A stretch of DNA of 63,089 nucleotides, the filler included, from Hyphochytrium catenoides (taxonomy: Eukaryota; Protista; Hyphochytriomycota): assembly GCA_900088475.1 (NCBI GenBank). It is 10 parts of 10 records of this genome, joined end to end, with 100 filler letters (N's around TTAATTAATTAA, not from the genome) between each part and the next. Parts side by side here need not be neighbours in the genome. Positions count along the whole stretch, not along the records: positions 5,799 to 34,755 come from FLMG01002525.1; 9 more parts are not named here. One strand, written 5' to 3'. Shown one piece after another: positions 21,651 to 33,770 of this stretch; the first letter of the stretch is position 1, and each line of letters starts with the position of its first letter. Made by a program: the position numbers and the translations under genes. The notes beneath the pieces are model-generated. The model saw only the letters and a program-made list of their open reading frames with translations. It was not told where the DNA came from and ran no database searches.

Positions 21651-24600
21651 ATGCCAGTCCTTGTACGATTGCTGCGACTTAGACATCGATTCGGTCACAC
21701 CTCGAGAAGCACAGTCAACCCTCGCGTGGCCCCAACGTCATCTGCGTTAAGCACCGCGTTAAGCGCGGGAGGAGACATTCTGAGCCAATATGGGGATGAC
21801 GAGCTACAGCGCTCGGCGTCACAACAGGATGGTGCCGAGGTGATGAGCCGCAGATCAGGGAAAAAGGTAAGCCGTTGAGTTGCTTGTGCCTTCCGCTTGT
21901 TGAGATAGTAAGTTGACGCCATCGTGGTTGACTCCAGAAACTAGTCAAGCGATCCCTCGGCTTCCTGTCTACCCACAGCTATATTAGAAGGCCATGCCTC
22001 TGGCTAGTAGCCAATGTTTGGTTCGATAGGTTCATTCTAGGGGTCGTGCTGACCAACACCATCATACTGGGCATAGCAGACTATTCGGAGCCGTGGGAGG
22101 ATGGGCCGAATCCCACCAAACTCCGCAACCGCATTATAGACATAGCAAACACCATCAGTCTCGTCATCTTCTTACTTGAGACAATCATCAAGACGATCGC
22201 GCTGGGGCTCGTGTGGGGAGAGGGGACGTATCTTAGCAACAACTGGAACAGGATGGACTTTATAGTGGTGCTGACAGGGTAAGATCTGCCGTTAGGAGTT
22301 CGTCATCGATCCTTGGCCAGCCGCCCATGTGCAACTCTTGTCGCTTTGGGTATAAGACTAACCGACCGCCGCCTCTTCTCTATGTGCAGGCTCCTCTCGT
22401 GGCTCAACGTGTCTGGCAACAAGATTAGCATGATACGAGTTCTTAGAGTGCTGAGACCCCTGCGAACTTTGAATGCTTTCCCAGGTCCTCTCTGACTGCG
22501 TTCAGTGTAGTACCTACCGTCTCACTCACACTCACCTTCTGCTGCTGTCCCTAATGATGTAGGGCTCAAGATCTTGGTCATTTGCCTTATGTCGGCACTG
22601 CCTGCCCTTGTAAATGTCGCGATCTTGCTTTCTTTTAGTTACCTGGTCTTTGCCATCTTGGGCATGGAGATCTGGAGGGGAACCTACCATTATCGTTGCC
22701 GATTAACCCCATACCCGGTGCTTCTCAACTTTAATGCGTCGAACGCACCGTATCCCGGTGTCTATCCCAACCAGACTTGGATAGACATCGTGACTACCTA
22801 TCCCGAGCTCTACAAATGTCCGGGCCAGGATACGGGAGGAGCGCCTCTATTAGAGGAGGCCTTGGAATTAGAGGATACACCTACAAGGACAGCAAGAAGC
22901 TGCTTTTGGCCTATCGATAAGACAGATGACATGTACTGTGGCGGCACAGGAGAAGGCAGGCAGTGCGGCAATAACCGCTGGTGTGGTTCCAACTACTTTT
23001 CCGATGGCACGCCACGATTTCTAGACGTCTACGTCAATGGCTCGCTGGCCTTTCCCCTAATGTCAGAGGGAGACCACGCAGAGAGTCTGAACTATGGCTT
23101 AACGTCTTTCGACAACATCTATAGCACGCTCATCATCATTGTGCAGATTGTCACTGCCTCGGGGTGGATGGCCCTCACGCAAAATGTAGGTGCTAGAGTG
23201 TAGCAAGTGATAGTGCAGATGCTGTCTTTCTCCTCCTCTTTCATTTGGATGATGTGTTCTCTCCTAAGTCCCTCCGCTGCAGTCTCTCCCTCCGCTGCAG
23301 TCTCTCCAGGAATTCCGACTAACAGACGCTAACAGACGCTGCCACTTGCCTCTCCCCGTCTTCCTGATGCTAATTCTCAGACTCAGGATGCATACTCGTG
23401 GGTGCTTTCAGGGGTCTATTTCAATCTGGTGATGTTTCTAGGGATGTGCTTCCTCTTGCAGCTCAATATGGCCGTCATATTCTCGGAGTTTGACAAGGCG
23501 AAGGCAGCTCAAGCGTTGCAAATGGAGGCTGAGGCACAGCAGCAAGAAGCGAGGTGAGCCTTTCTTCTACCTTCTTCTTTACATAGGCCGGACGGAGGAA
23601 AGATAGCTTTAGTACGCTTAAACCATGGGTTTGGGTTACAGTCCTAACTTGGAACCCCTACCCCCCGTTGATCTTCTTTGTGTCACAGGGAACGAGAAGA
23701 AGAGCTGGCGAAGCAGGAAGAGATGTCTCGGCGGAAGAGTGAGTCCGAGAGCTCTTTCGAACCCATTGCAGTAGAATCTCGACTCTCAATCAGGCTTCGG
23801 GCCTTCCGGCTCGGGGTTCGTGCTTTCGTAAAGTCCCCTTGGTTTCATTTGGCGGGGGTCTTTCTTGGGATGTCAAACATCGTGGTGATGGCTTCAGACC
23901 ATTATCCCATGAAGGCCGATTTTCAAGACGAGCTTGATAAGCTGAATCTTATGTTCCTAATTGTCTTTGGGTTGGAGAGCGCTGTCAAGGTCTACGGGTT
24001 AGGCTGGAAGAGGTTCAAACGGTAATGAACGAGCGAAACCTCGGTTATTATCTTGGTGCTGAGTGATGGCCTGACGACACTTGCCTCTTAGGGACTCCTT
24101 CAATCTCTTTGATGCCAGCATTGTCGTCCTTGGGATGATAGAGATGGCTGCTAATCCTCCGCAGTTCATAGTTGAGAGCAGCACCAAGGGCGGAAGTCGG
24201 CCCTTTACAGCCCTCAGAGCGATCAGAATTTTCAAGGTTGCGAGGTCTTCGCCCCCGCTGCACAAGTTAATGACAGCCATTGGCAAGGCGATGCAGGAGA
24301 TTCTGAACTTTCTGTTCTTCCTTGTCCTATTCCTTTATATCTATGCCCTGATAGGCATGGAGGTACGTAACGCTCCTCCGAGGAAAGATAAGCCAAAGCC
24401 CTTACCTGCTGCTCATCTCACACGCTCCTTTCTTTTTCTACCCTTGTTCTAAGTTCGTTACTCCTCTCTCTTCTTTGCATTCTAAGTGTCTACCTTCACA
24501 AAGAGTCTTTGCCCTTTGATTCGTTTGCCACTCTTCTCTGCTGGCAGTTTCTCTGAGCTCCTTTCTGTGGCGTTCGTCCCTCACACTTTGCGCGCACACA

Positions 24601-27600
24601 TCGAAAATATTCTCATTCTGTGCCGTTGCTGACTCATACTATTGCTGCCCCATTAGCTCTTTGCGACGAAGTACAAGTTTGACGTCGACAACTATCCGCG
24701 GCCGTTCAATAGCACTGCACCAGGAGTCACGCTTCATCGGAATAACTTCGACACTATCCACTGGGCAATTTTCACCGTGTTCCAGGTTATCACATACGAC
24801 AACTTTCCTGCCATCATGTATGACGGCTGGCTGGCTGTTGGCTGGGCTTCGCCTATCTACTTCGTGAGCATAATTGTGCTGGGTGTGTGGATAGTTATGA
24901 ATATGTTTTCAGCCATTCTGGTCCAAAGTTGCACCGACGACGGCGATGATGGTGAAGAGGCGCCGATGGAGGACGATTTGTCAGTTAGGAGGAAGAGAGA
25001 TGTCCACCGGCTATCTCAGGCCATGCTATACAAAGCGCGGACCTTTCGCCGACTGCTATTACGCATTGCAAGGGAGAATGCTCCTCAAGTGGTCAGGAGT
25101 GCCTTTCTCCCTTCCGATAGGGATACGCGTTATCCATCACGGCAAGGCAATGAGCAGCATGACACTGGCGAGGTCAGCAAGAAGCAGATCGACGACAATG
25201 CCTCACAACCCTCCTTGCCAGGGAGCACAATACCACAAGTACCAGTGGGAAAAGAGGAACGGATTTCACCTCGACATCGTAAGAAAGTTGACAGGTCTCT
25301 TTTCATTTTCTCTCCGGACAATCCTGTGCGTCGACTGTGCATTTTCCTTGTCACACGTAAGGAGTGGGATGCCATCGTGGCAGTTGGCATCGCGTTATCC
25401 TGTGTCCTCATAGCACTAGATTCTCCCTTGATGGACCCGAGCTCCATACTAGGCACCCTGATCAAGACCTCTAACACGGTCTTTGCTATTGTCTTTACCG
25501 TGGAAATGGTGATAACGGTAATCGCTTCTAACTTCATATTTGGGCCCCGCGCCTACCTGAAGGATGGATGGCGAATGCTAGACTTCTTCATTGTTGTCGT
25601 CTCCCTAGTAGCTCTATTCATCGATGGCAACAGTGGAGTGCTCAGTGGATTGCGTGCGCTTCGGTCTCTTCGAGCACTCAGGCCCCTGCGAGTCATTAAC
25701 ACAATGCCCCAGCTGAAGCTCGTTGTGAACACGCTCTTCCGGTGCATGCCGGACATTCTGAAGACTTTGCTCTTCTTCTTCTTTATGCTGTTCCTGTTTG
25801 GCATTATCTGTGTGATGTACTTCAAAGGGGCGCTCAACTCTTGCTCCATCAGCCCTTACAACTATGGCTTTCCCGGCGTAATGACACCCCCGCCATGGTT
25901 CCCTCCTACCTACAACGGCTCTTATTCCTTAGAGGATCTGCGACGCTATGATCTTATGACATTCCCTCGAAGTTGGCAGGAAATTGGAGATGAGGACTTG
26001 CGTTCATGGTATGGAACGTGGAACAGCTCCTGCGGCTTTTCCGAGCAGCAGATGATGGATCCGTCCTTCAATCCTACCTCTAAGCAGATCTGCCTGTGCT
26101 TTACTGGAATGAAGTGGGAGGGCCTTGTGCCTCAGTCATTTGACAATATCTTTAGAGCCATCGGTTCACTCTTTGAGCTCACATCTATGGAAGGTTGGGC
26201 AGCAGTGGCGATGGCCACGGTAGACGCTCAAGGACCCGACCTTCAACCCATTACGAACAACAATCCTGGCTGGGCCTTTTTTTGGATGCTTTTCATGATT
26301 GTATGCGCGTTCTTCGTGACAAACCTCTTTATTGGTGTGCTCTGCGATAGTTTCATGAGGGAGAACTACGGGTCCATGGTCACTGATGAGCAGATCCAAT
26401 GGATCAAAGCCCAGCGCAAGGTGCTTGCCATCTCCCCGATTATAAAGCTTTCTCCGCCAGCAAACAAGTTACGGTTGGTTTGTTATCGAATTGTGACCTT
26501 CAAATTGTTTGACCCCGCCATTATCTTATGCATCTTCGTCAACATCATCTCGATGGCCTCGCAGTACTACGGGCAAGCTCGGACCTACTCCGAAATGTTG
26601 GGAACTGTCAATCACTTCTTCGTCGCTGTGTTTACCACGGAGGCTGCGCTAAAGATGATTGCGTTTGGCCGTAAGTACTTCCTGGAAGGCTGGAACCAGT
26701 TTGACTTCGGAATCGTCCTCCTATCCATGGGGAGCTATCTACTGCCACTCTTCAGCAACTTTACGTTTGGCCCCGTGGCAACCGTGGTCCGTGTCTTTAG
26801 GGTTGGAAGAGCTCTAAGACTTGTCAACAAGGCGCAGACGATGAGAAATCTATTTGAGACTCTGCTGGTCTCTCTGCCTGCTGTTGGTAACGTTACTAGC
26901 TTACTCATGCTTCTGTATTATATTTACGCAGCTGTGGGGGTACAGCTCTTTGGCAAGGTGGCAATAGATGGAGATCTGCTCAACTCTCATCAGAATTTCC
27001 AGACATTTTGGTTGGCGCTCCAAACCTTGATCGGCTTCTCAACCGGCGAGAACTGGGACAATTTTCTGTGGGAAGTATATTGGGCAGCACCGGAGTCCAA
27101 CCCCAATTGCACTGACAGGGCCTATGACCCAAAGATGTGCGGCTTTACTGACGACCTAGACTGTGTACCTCTTGATGGCTGTGGATCGTGGCTGATAGTC
27201 CCATACATGTACTCCTTCTTCCTTGTGGTGGGCTACGTTGGTCTTAACCTCTTTTCGGGTATCGTGGTCGATGCTATCGGTGATGCTTCGGACGATAGCC
27301 TAATCAACGCTCGGAATCTGTCTGACTTTACTGAGCGATGGGCAGAGTTTGATCCAATGGCTACGTGCTTGATCTCCAGTGACAAGCTAGTGCAACTTCT
27401 ATCAGAACTTAATGAGCCACTCGGCTTCAAGAATGGAGATCAGAAGCCCATACGGCGCCTGGTTATGCAGACGATCTGTAAGTATATATTATGAACCCCC
27501 CATCTTTTTCCAGTCTCGAGCCAGCAGTTGCACTGACCAAACCCTTTCGCATTGTTTTGCTCTGCAATGGGCACGTCTTTGTCTTCTCGTTCGTTCTAGC

Positions 27601-28638
27601 TCAAATGGAGATTCCTGTATATGAGGAAGGATTGGTGCACTTCAAGGACATTTCACGAGCTCTTGTCCAGCGGGCTTTGAGCAAGGTAAGCGAGTGGCTA
27701 GCTTCACACAGACAAACTAGATAACTTTACGGACACTGCTCTGATCATCGCTGCGTTCATAATAGGGAGACATGGAGAAGTTCAAGGAGATGAATGCGAA
27801 GCTTGGAGAGCTGGGCGTCTACAAGCAGTTCGACGAGGTCTGGCAGAGGAAATTGGGAAAGAAGATCGAGAACCTGAAAATGACAGCTACTTCTCCGATA
27901 AACTCATATTTCTCGGCTCTAGTGATTAAGAACTTTATCAACGCGGCCAAGCTCAGAAAGCAACGACGGCAGCAAGCAGTTGAGAAAGCTGGTCAGAACT
28001 TTCGAAAGTCGCTCCAACAGCATCGTGCTAAGGATACCACTGAGACAGTGATAAACTCTACTATCCCAGCAGCAATCCCGGAGGCTAAAGGTGAACCGAC
28101 AGAAAGCATGCAAGGAGAGCAGTCCGCTGTAGGGCCAGAGCCTAGTAGCAATGGGGCCGTCCACTGCCGAGATACCTTTGCTATCAACGGGAATTCGGAA
28201 CAGCTATCCCAGCACCCGCATCCCAGTGCTGAAATGTGGAAGCTAGTATCCTTAAAGTCCTCCAAGGATGAAAGTAGCGGGTCTCTGCCGCGTCCGGATG
28301 TAGCGGGGATTAGAGACTTTCCGGCTTCCCAGAGCACTGGCTCAAACCAAGAGGATGGTGCTTTGGCTGCGCCCATGCGCCTTACGCTGCCGCTTACTTC
28401 ACCTGCTGTTATAACTCACATAGACGAAGGAGGGAACCAGCAGGTGTCCAGCACTCACAAACTCAATCACGATTCGCCAAAGCGTGCCAGCTTAATAACG
28501 AGCATGCTCCAGTCAGGGCCGCCAGTGGAAGTTCTTGACACCTTTGCCAGCAGTAGACGGACAAGCGGCACGTCAACAAGCCGACCCGAGGTATCTTCTA
28601 CGAGCACACCAGAGCTGCAGCAAGAGAACTTCGCGTAG
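21651..28638 (+). CDS. Four-domain voltage-gated cation (Cav-like) channel alpha subunit, ~1943 aa. Exons 21651-21866, 21938-22278, 22390-22484, 22563-23185, 23381-23553, 23689-24021, 24092-24362, 24657-27477, 27600-27685, 27766-28638
   Basis: Four S4 segments (RVLRVLRPLR, LRAIRIFKVAR, LRALRSLRALRPLR, VRVFRVGRALR), four P-loops and an EF-hand-like WAEFDP segment. All nine introns are GT-AG and phase-consistent. The start codon is less certain. Confidence 0.93.
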
Positions 28639-29167
28639 ATATCGCCACAGGGTAAGAAAAATGGGACCCCATCGACCTGGTGACCCTGTGGTCAATAATG
28701 AACACCAGCTTATAGATTCCAGAAAAAGTATGTCCGCTCCTGTTGCCATAACAATTACTATGTCATGCCTGAAGAAGCAGCTGACCGAAAGGAAGTGGTA
28801 GCTGTAACCCTTTCTGCTTTGCCTACGTTTGGCCCTGGGCCCCTAGGCTCTTGCAAGTCATTATTGTCTCAGGACCTTCCAACAAGGGATGAAGCTATCA
28901 TCAAATTGATCGTCATCCTGCCTCCGCGATGTTATGGCTTATGGCCAATTGGCCTCTAACTTCTTACTTCCCTTCGCTGTGTTTGTTGTTAGACCTAATC
29001 TTCCTTGATTGACTAGCAATATTTCAATAGTGTCACGGCCGCCTTTGGCGCACAAACAAGTCAGCGGCAAATGTTTTAGTCAATTGCCGGGAAGAGGCTG
29101 TAGGGAGCAGGACAGGAGCAAGTATTGACATAGGTTAATAGCATGATGTGAAAGCAACCGGCCTACG

Positions 29168-31906
29168 TCATCGCTCAAACTCCTCATAATGCGCATTGAA
29201 TTTCTCATGTCGCGGAAAGCTGTGAAGTGTCCTTCTTAGGTCATTCTGAAGGGACTTAGGACCGGACACAACGACTTCCCATTGGTCTCGAAAATTCATT
29301 CCGCTTTCTTCTACGTCCGACCTAAAAATCTCGTCCGCTCTTTCTAGTAAGCGTCTTAAGTCTGGCCTGCCAATGAGGATGGTGACAGTGGCGCTAGTCC
29401 TGATGGACTCTCTTCTCGAACGCGCCTCCTGCAGCGCGCTAGTCGTCAGGTATGTTGGCCGCTGCTGTAAGGTTTCTTCTTCTCCATCATCTTCTTTCAA
29501 GTCAAGCTGGGCAGAGTCCACGAAGATTTCCAGGTCATCCCCGAGGCAATTGTCCTTCTGCATGGCGTGGTCCACCTCGCTGAGAGCAATTGACCGTGTT
29601 GCCGTTACTTCCCGGCTGCTATTTTTCCCCTTGTAATACCGAAGGAACCCGCGCCCCGCAAGGATGGCACTGCTAAGAAAGCATACTGGTTCCATCATTT
29701 GGATTACGTACCAGGGGATAGCCTCTCCTGCCGCTTTCCTCTCCTCTGTCCTGGTGTAGGCCGCCGTGACCGCATTCACCGACAGGGTGATATACCATAG
29801 AGCCGTGACGGAAAGAAAAGAGGCGGCCCATACCACAAAGTGGAGCTTCACTTCAGAATAGCAGCCAAGCCTTACTGGGTCGAATGGGACGCCAGAGTCT
29901 ATGTCTCTCCTCTCAAATGACGGCAAAGTGGCTTCCGTTCTCGACGGTGGTCCGTCAGAGTGATGAGCAGAAGGCGGGCTACCAAGTCGCGAACTTCCCA
30001 CAGTGCTACCTTGAGCAGCAACGTCAGAAACCAGGAGTTGGCTCTCGCTGCTGGGCTTTGTGACATAAATGTTAATGGAAAAGACATCCTGTAGCGAAGC
30101 AACCTCCTCCAAGGCGTGCCTGAAGGGCTCTGTCTCAGCGATGTGGCCTACAGCCCAGTGGAACAAAATTCTTGCAGGGCGGGATGGTATCTCTTGGGAA
30201 TGATGGTGGTACAAGTCCTTCAATACGCTAATAAGAGGAGTGACCCCAATGCCACCTGCGAGTAATACAAGGTGCCGACAGTCCCGATAGCTCCTTCTGC
30301 AACCAAAGTATCCATCTACCTTCACTAAAGGAAACGAGTTGTTGGCCCTGCAGATTTTAAGATAGGCGAGAACGTCTCGGGTCCAGTCTCCACATGCTTT
30401 GCCATGAACAGTCAGGAGCGACGAGCTATCCTTGGGGGCGGAGCTGATGCTGAAGGAGTGTGCTTGAGACTTGGTGACTTCAGGAAAGGTCAGGAGCACA
30501 TATTGACCAGCAGTATACCCTTCGCAATGCTGGAGCCTTGGCATCATCTCCAACTCTAACTTAAAAATCTGGACATCTTCAAACAGCTCAAAGCTACGAA
30601 CTCGAACGTTGCTTCCCGTTCGTACCCAACTTCGAGTTCTAGACACAACGGAGAAGAGTAGAGCGGGATAGAGCCAATAGAGAACACAATCTTCATGCAT
30701 CGCGAGTGCCAGAAGAGCCAACAGGAAAAGGAAGTTGTGAGACCAAAGAAAGACGTCGTAGAACTTTCGCCTTACAAAGTGCAATGAAGTAATGCACATA
30801 AGATTCAGGAAGCAGCAAGCCACCAGCCCCGCAAAAGTCTCCACCTGGTGGCGCGTAATGCGACAGCTCACCTCTTGAGTCGCCGAGGTAGATTGTGGTA
30901 TGAAGTGGCAGAAAGGGAAGGCATTCTCCCACACTGTCCCGTCTCGGGCCCAGGAGTAGAAAAATAACAAGCCGTGAATGTTGGCAAAGGCTATCAGGAG
31001 CCGACCCAGCCATCTGTGATATTTGACTGCAGTCTCTGGGGACGCACCGAGTATATCGAGCCAGAAAGCATCACGTACCACGGGAAAGAGCAGCAAAAAC
31101 AGAAACAAGAGACCACCTTTGCCGAACCCGCGAGCCCAGTAAGCCAGGCTTATCGGAACGATAGGAGAAGAGGAAGCAAGACGAGCTTTCTCCTGGCGAT
31201 GGCTAACAAACCTCACCACCCATATCATGGCAAGACACACCAGCGAGAGGAGCACCATACATTCTAAGAGGGAGACCCAAGTGCCAAGCACAGCACGGGA
31301 CCTTCTCAGCCGCACGATCCTATTCAGATAAGTTACTGCAGGACCCCGGCGGAAGATGGAAGCGAAGCCCAAAAATTTCTCAGAATAGACAATTCCGCAG
31401 AGGAAAAGAGGCAACAGCGGTAGGCCCAACAGTATAAAGCTGTTGAGCTTACCCACAAAGCCGTCAACCAGGTGATTGCTCTTGGCCCATGCCTTCTGCG
31501 ACTTCACCCAGGCAAAGTAGCTTCCGCCATTATAGGTAAGAAGGATCAACAGAAACCATAATATGCTAATAAAAGCCCCACCAAGGACCAGCCATGGGTA
31601 GAGAGGCCGGAAACAAGACAGACTTGCACCGATCTCTGCTTCACCATCGTCCGTGAGCACTAGCTTGAGCACTTGAGACTTCCATTGAGGGGAGTGGGAA
31701 GAGACCAGCTTCACCTCCGAGACAGCATTCCCCGGGTCATCAAGCTGTCCGGCGGAGAACGCCGGTGACCTTTGGGCCCCTGTGGAGACCAGCGCTCCGA
31801 GGTTTGATGAAGACTCTTCCTTCTCATCATAGCGAGTGCTGGCTGCTGGAAGTAGGGAGGAATAGCGCGGTCCATTTCTCTTTGAGATCTTCACTATGGC
31901 GGTCAT
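29168..31906 (-). CDS. Ferric reductase (FRE/FRO, NOX superfamily), intronless, 912 aa
   Basis: Heme-ligand His pairs (HRWLGR...HG and SHNF...MH), FAD motif HSFSISS, NADPH motif GGIGVTP, and C-terminal SGP...EEF. Confidence 0.92.
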   Translation of the reverse strand: MTAIVKISKRNGPRYSSLLPAASTRYDEKEESSSNLGALVSTGAQRSPAFSAGQLDDPGNAVSEVKLVSSHSPQWKSQVLKLVLTDDGEAEIGASLSCFRPLYPWLVLGGAFISILWFLLILLTYNGGSYFAWVKSQKAWAKSNHLVDGFVGKLNSFILLGLPLLPLFLCGIVYSEKFLGFASIFRRGPAVTYLNRIVRLRRSRAVLGTWVSLLECMVLLSLVCLAMIWVVRFVSHRQEKARLASSSPIVPISLAYWARGFGKGGLLFLFLLLFPVVRDAFWLDILGASPETAVKYHRWLGRLLIAFANIHGLLFFYSWARDGTVWENAFPFCHFIPQSTSATQEVSCRITRHQVETFAGLVACCFLNLMCITSLHFVRRKFYDVFLWSHNFLFLLALLALAMHEDCVLYWLYPALLFSVVSRTRSWVRTGSNVRVRSFELFEDVQIFKLELEMMPRLQHCEGYTAGQYVLLTFPEVTKSQAHSFSISSAPKDSSSLLTVHGKACGDWTRDVLAYLKICRANNSFPLVKVDGYFGCRRSYRDCRHLVLLAGGIGVTPLISVLKDLYHHHSQEIPSRPARILFHWAVGHIAETEPFRHALEEVASLQDVFSINIYVTKPSSESQLLVSDVAAQGSTVGSSRLGSPPSAHHSDGPPSRTEATLPSFERRDIDSGVPFDPVRLGCYSEVKLHFVVWAASFLSVTALWYITLSVNAVTAAYTRTEERKAAGEAIPWYVIQMMEPVCFLSSAILAGRGFLRYYKGKNSSREVTATRSIALSEVDHAMQKDNCLGDDLEIFVDSAQLDLKEDDGEEETLQQRPTYLTTSALQEARSRRESIRTSATVTILIGRPDLRRLLERADEIFRSDVEESGMNFRDQWEVVVSGPKSLQNDLRRTLHSFPRHEKFNAHYEEFER

Positions 31907-32935
31907 CGCTGGTCAGGAGCGGGCATTACAGGCTTTAATAACCCACCTGCCAGACCCGCATAAGCCTACTTAGGTTGGTCATGGACCGAATTGCTGAGCA
32001 ATATTTGACACACGACAGGTTGAGCCGACTCCTCCTTGTTGTAAACGCTTTAGCAAGCTCGTCACATTAAAAGAGTCCCGTAGTTCCCCACGAGGAATGA
32101 CCTTTAAGGATATTCTTCAGACCCCACGCGAGGTACCGATGAATCCGCTGGCAGTGCGCTTGCCAAAGCGTCCCTTGCTGACTACTCGGTATCAAAGGTA
32201 TTTGTATAGACAAACGAACAGTGATGATGACCCCAAATTCAATCAGTGGAGGAAGAACTCAGGAAGCTTCTCAGGCATGAAGCTATTCTTATGGCTCTTC
32301 TCTCTCCCCAAAGATTGGGCCACACCAGGCCAGCAGCAGCAGCTAGCCGCTGTAGGAAGACAAGAAGCAACGAGCTTACGGGCAACGAGACTCAGACTAT
32401 CGGCACACCAGGAGGGGAAGGAGACCAGGCGGCGGCGGAGGATGGAAGAAGAACCAGAACTGCGGCTTTCCTTCACTGTCAACAGGTACCTCTCTACTAG
32501 GACCGATTCGTACTGCTTTGGTTGTTTCGGTAATAGAAGTATACAATAGAGGTTGAGGAGAGGCAGAACAACCCCAGCTGCGGTCCTTACGTAGAGGTCA
32601 CTGGCACTCTGGCTCTCACCATAGAGGATGGAATGCTGCCACCTCCTGCTGTTGATGAGTGTGTGATCATCGTGATAGAAAAGCAGCAGTCTTCTTCTTC
32701 TTGTGAACAAAGCCCACACCGCAAAGCGTGTTTCCTCATCATCAAGCGCCCTTGTCTTTCCATAGAGCTGTTAATAATGGGAACAATGGGTCGCTGTTGG
32801 TGAGCTTCAAGACGGGTTGTCCACATACCATCAGCTTCCTGCTGCTAGGTTATCACGGAAGGACAACAGCAGGTAAAGAGGAGGCGACTTATTTAATGAA
32901 TTAGCAATGGTGGGCTGTTGTCGCTGAATGGCTCC

Positions 32936-32985
32936 ATCCCATATCATCATTTAGCAAGCAATCCCATATCATCATTTAGCAAGCA
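32936..32985 (+). repeat. Perfect 25-bp tandem duplication (ATCCCATATCATCATTTAGCAAGCA x2)
   Basis: Directly visible. Confidence 0.95.
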
Positions 32986-33770
32986 AAGGCACTCTCGATC
33001 CCAAAATCAATCGTGGCGTTGGTTACATCTTCTTCGGAGATGGACTAATAAGAAGACTATGCTACTAGCAGTCAGCAAAGACACGACGACGTGCCCTCCT
33101 CCGAATCTGCCGTTGGTCGTCCTAATTACCCAGTGTGAACTCTCCCGCCGGCGGACCTCATCACTAACTCCTCCGTCCCAAGGCCTCCTCCTCCCACGTC
33201 AGAGACTATATACTATAATAAATAACCTGGAGCTCGAAACGACGCTCTTCTCTAGAAGACTGCTGCCAAAATTTCTGGGAGTTGCTCTCCGCTGCTGCAG
33301 CCATCATCACCGTCACGTTCCGCTGCGAGGTGGACAGGTTGTTGATTTTTGCAGCGTAGCGTCACTCGCACCTTCCCGTGCTGCAGCAAAAACATGTGCT
33401 TCCTAAGCTACTGCGGTTGCTCTTAATAATATCACAGATAGTAGGTACTTGGTGCCACGACACAGGAGGATCCTAGACCCGTTTCTCTTGCTGGCACCAT
33501 GATCAGAGGGTTCAGGGAAGTAAGACAGAGTCATTATCTACTTATAACGTGTAACACGTGTTCCCATCCTACAGAACAAACAAGCTACTGCCATCTTCAT
33601 GGACCTGCACTACCTATTACCGAGCCTGGTAGTAGCTCTTGTTCTGGCGCCTAGCTTCTCGCTCTTCTATCTTGACTTAGACTAAAGTAACCAAAGAGGC
33701 AAAGCTCGAAGACGAAGGATATAAGAAAACGTTGCCCGGCTTGGAATCGCCCCATTGTGATGATAAGAGT

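Noticed and set aside
23625-23660. Intronic hairpin as a snoRNA
   Set aside because: The stem is short and G-U dependent, with no convincing C/D or H/ACA boxes.
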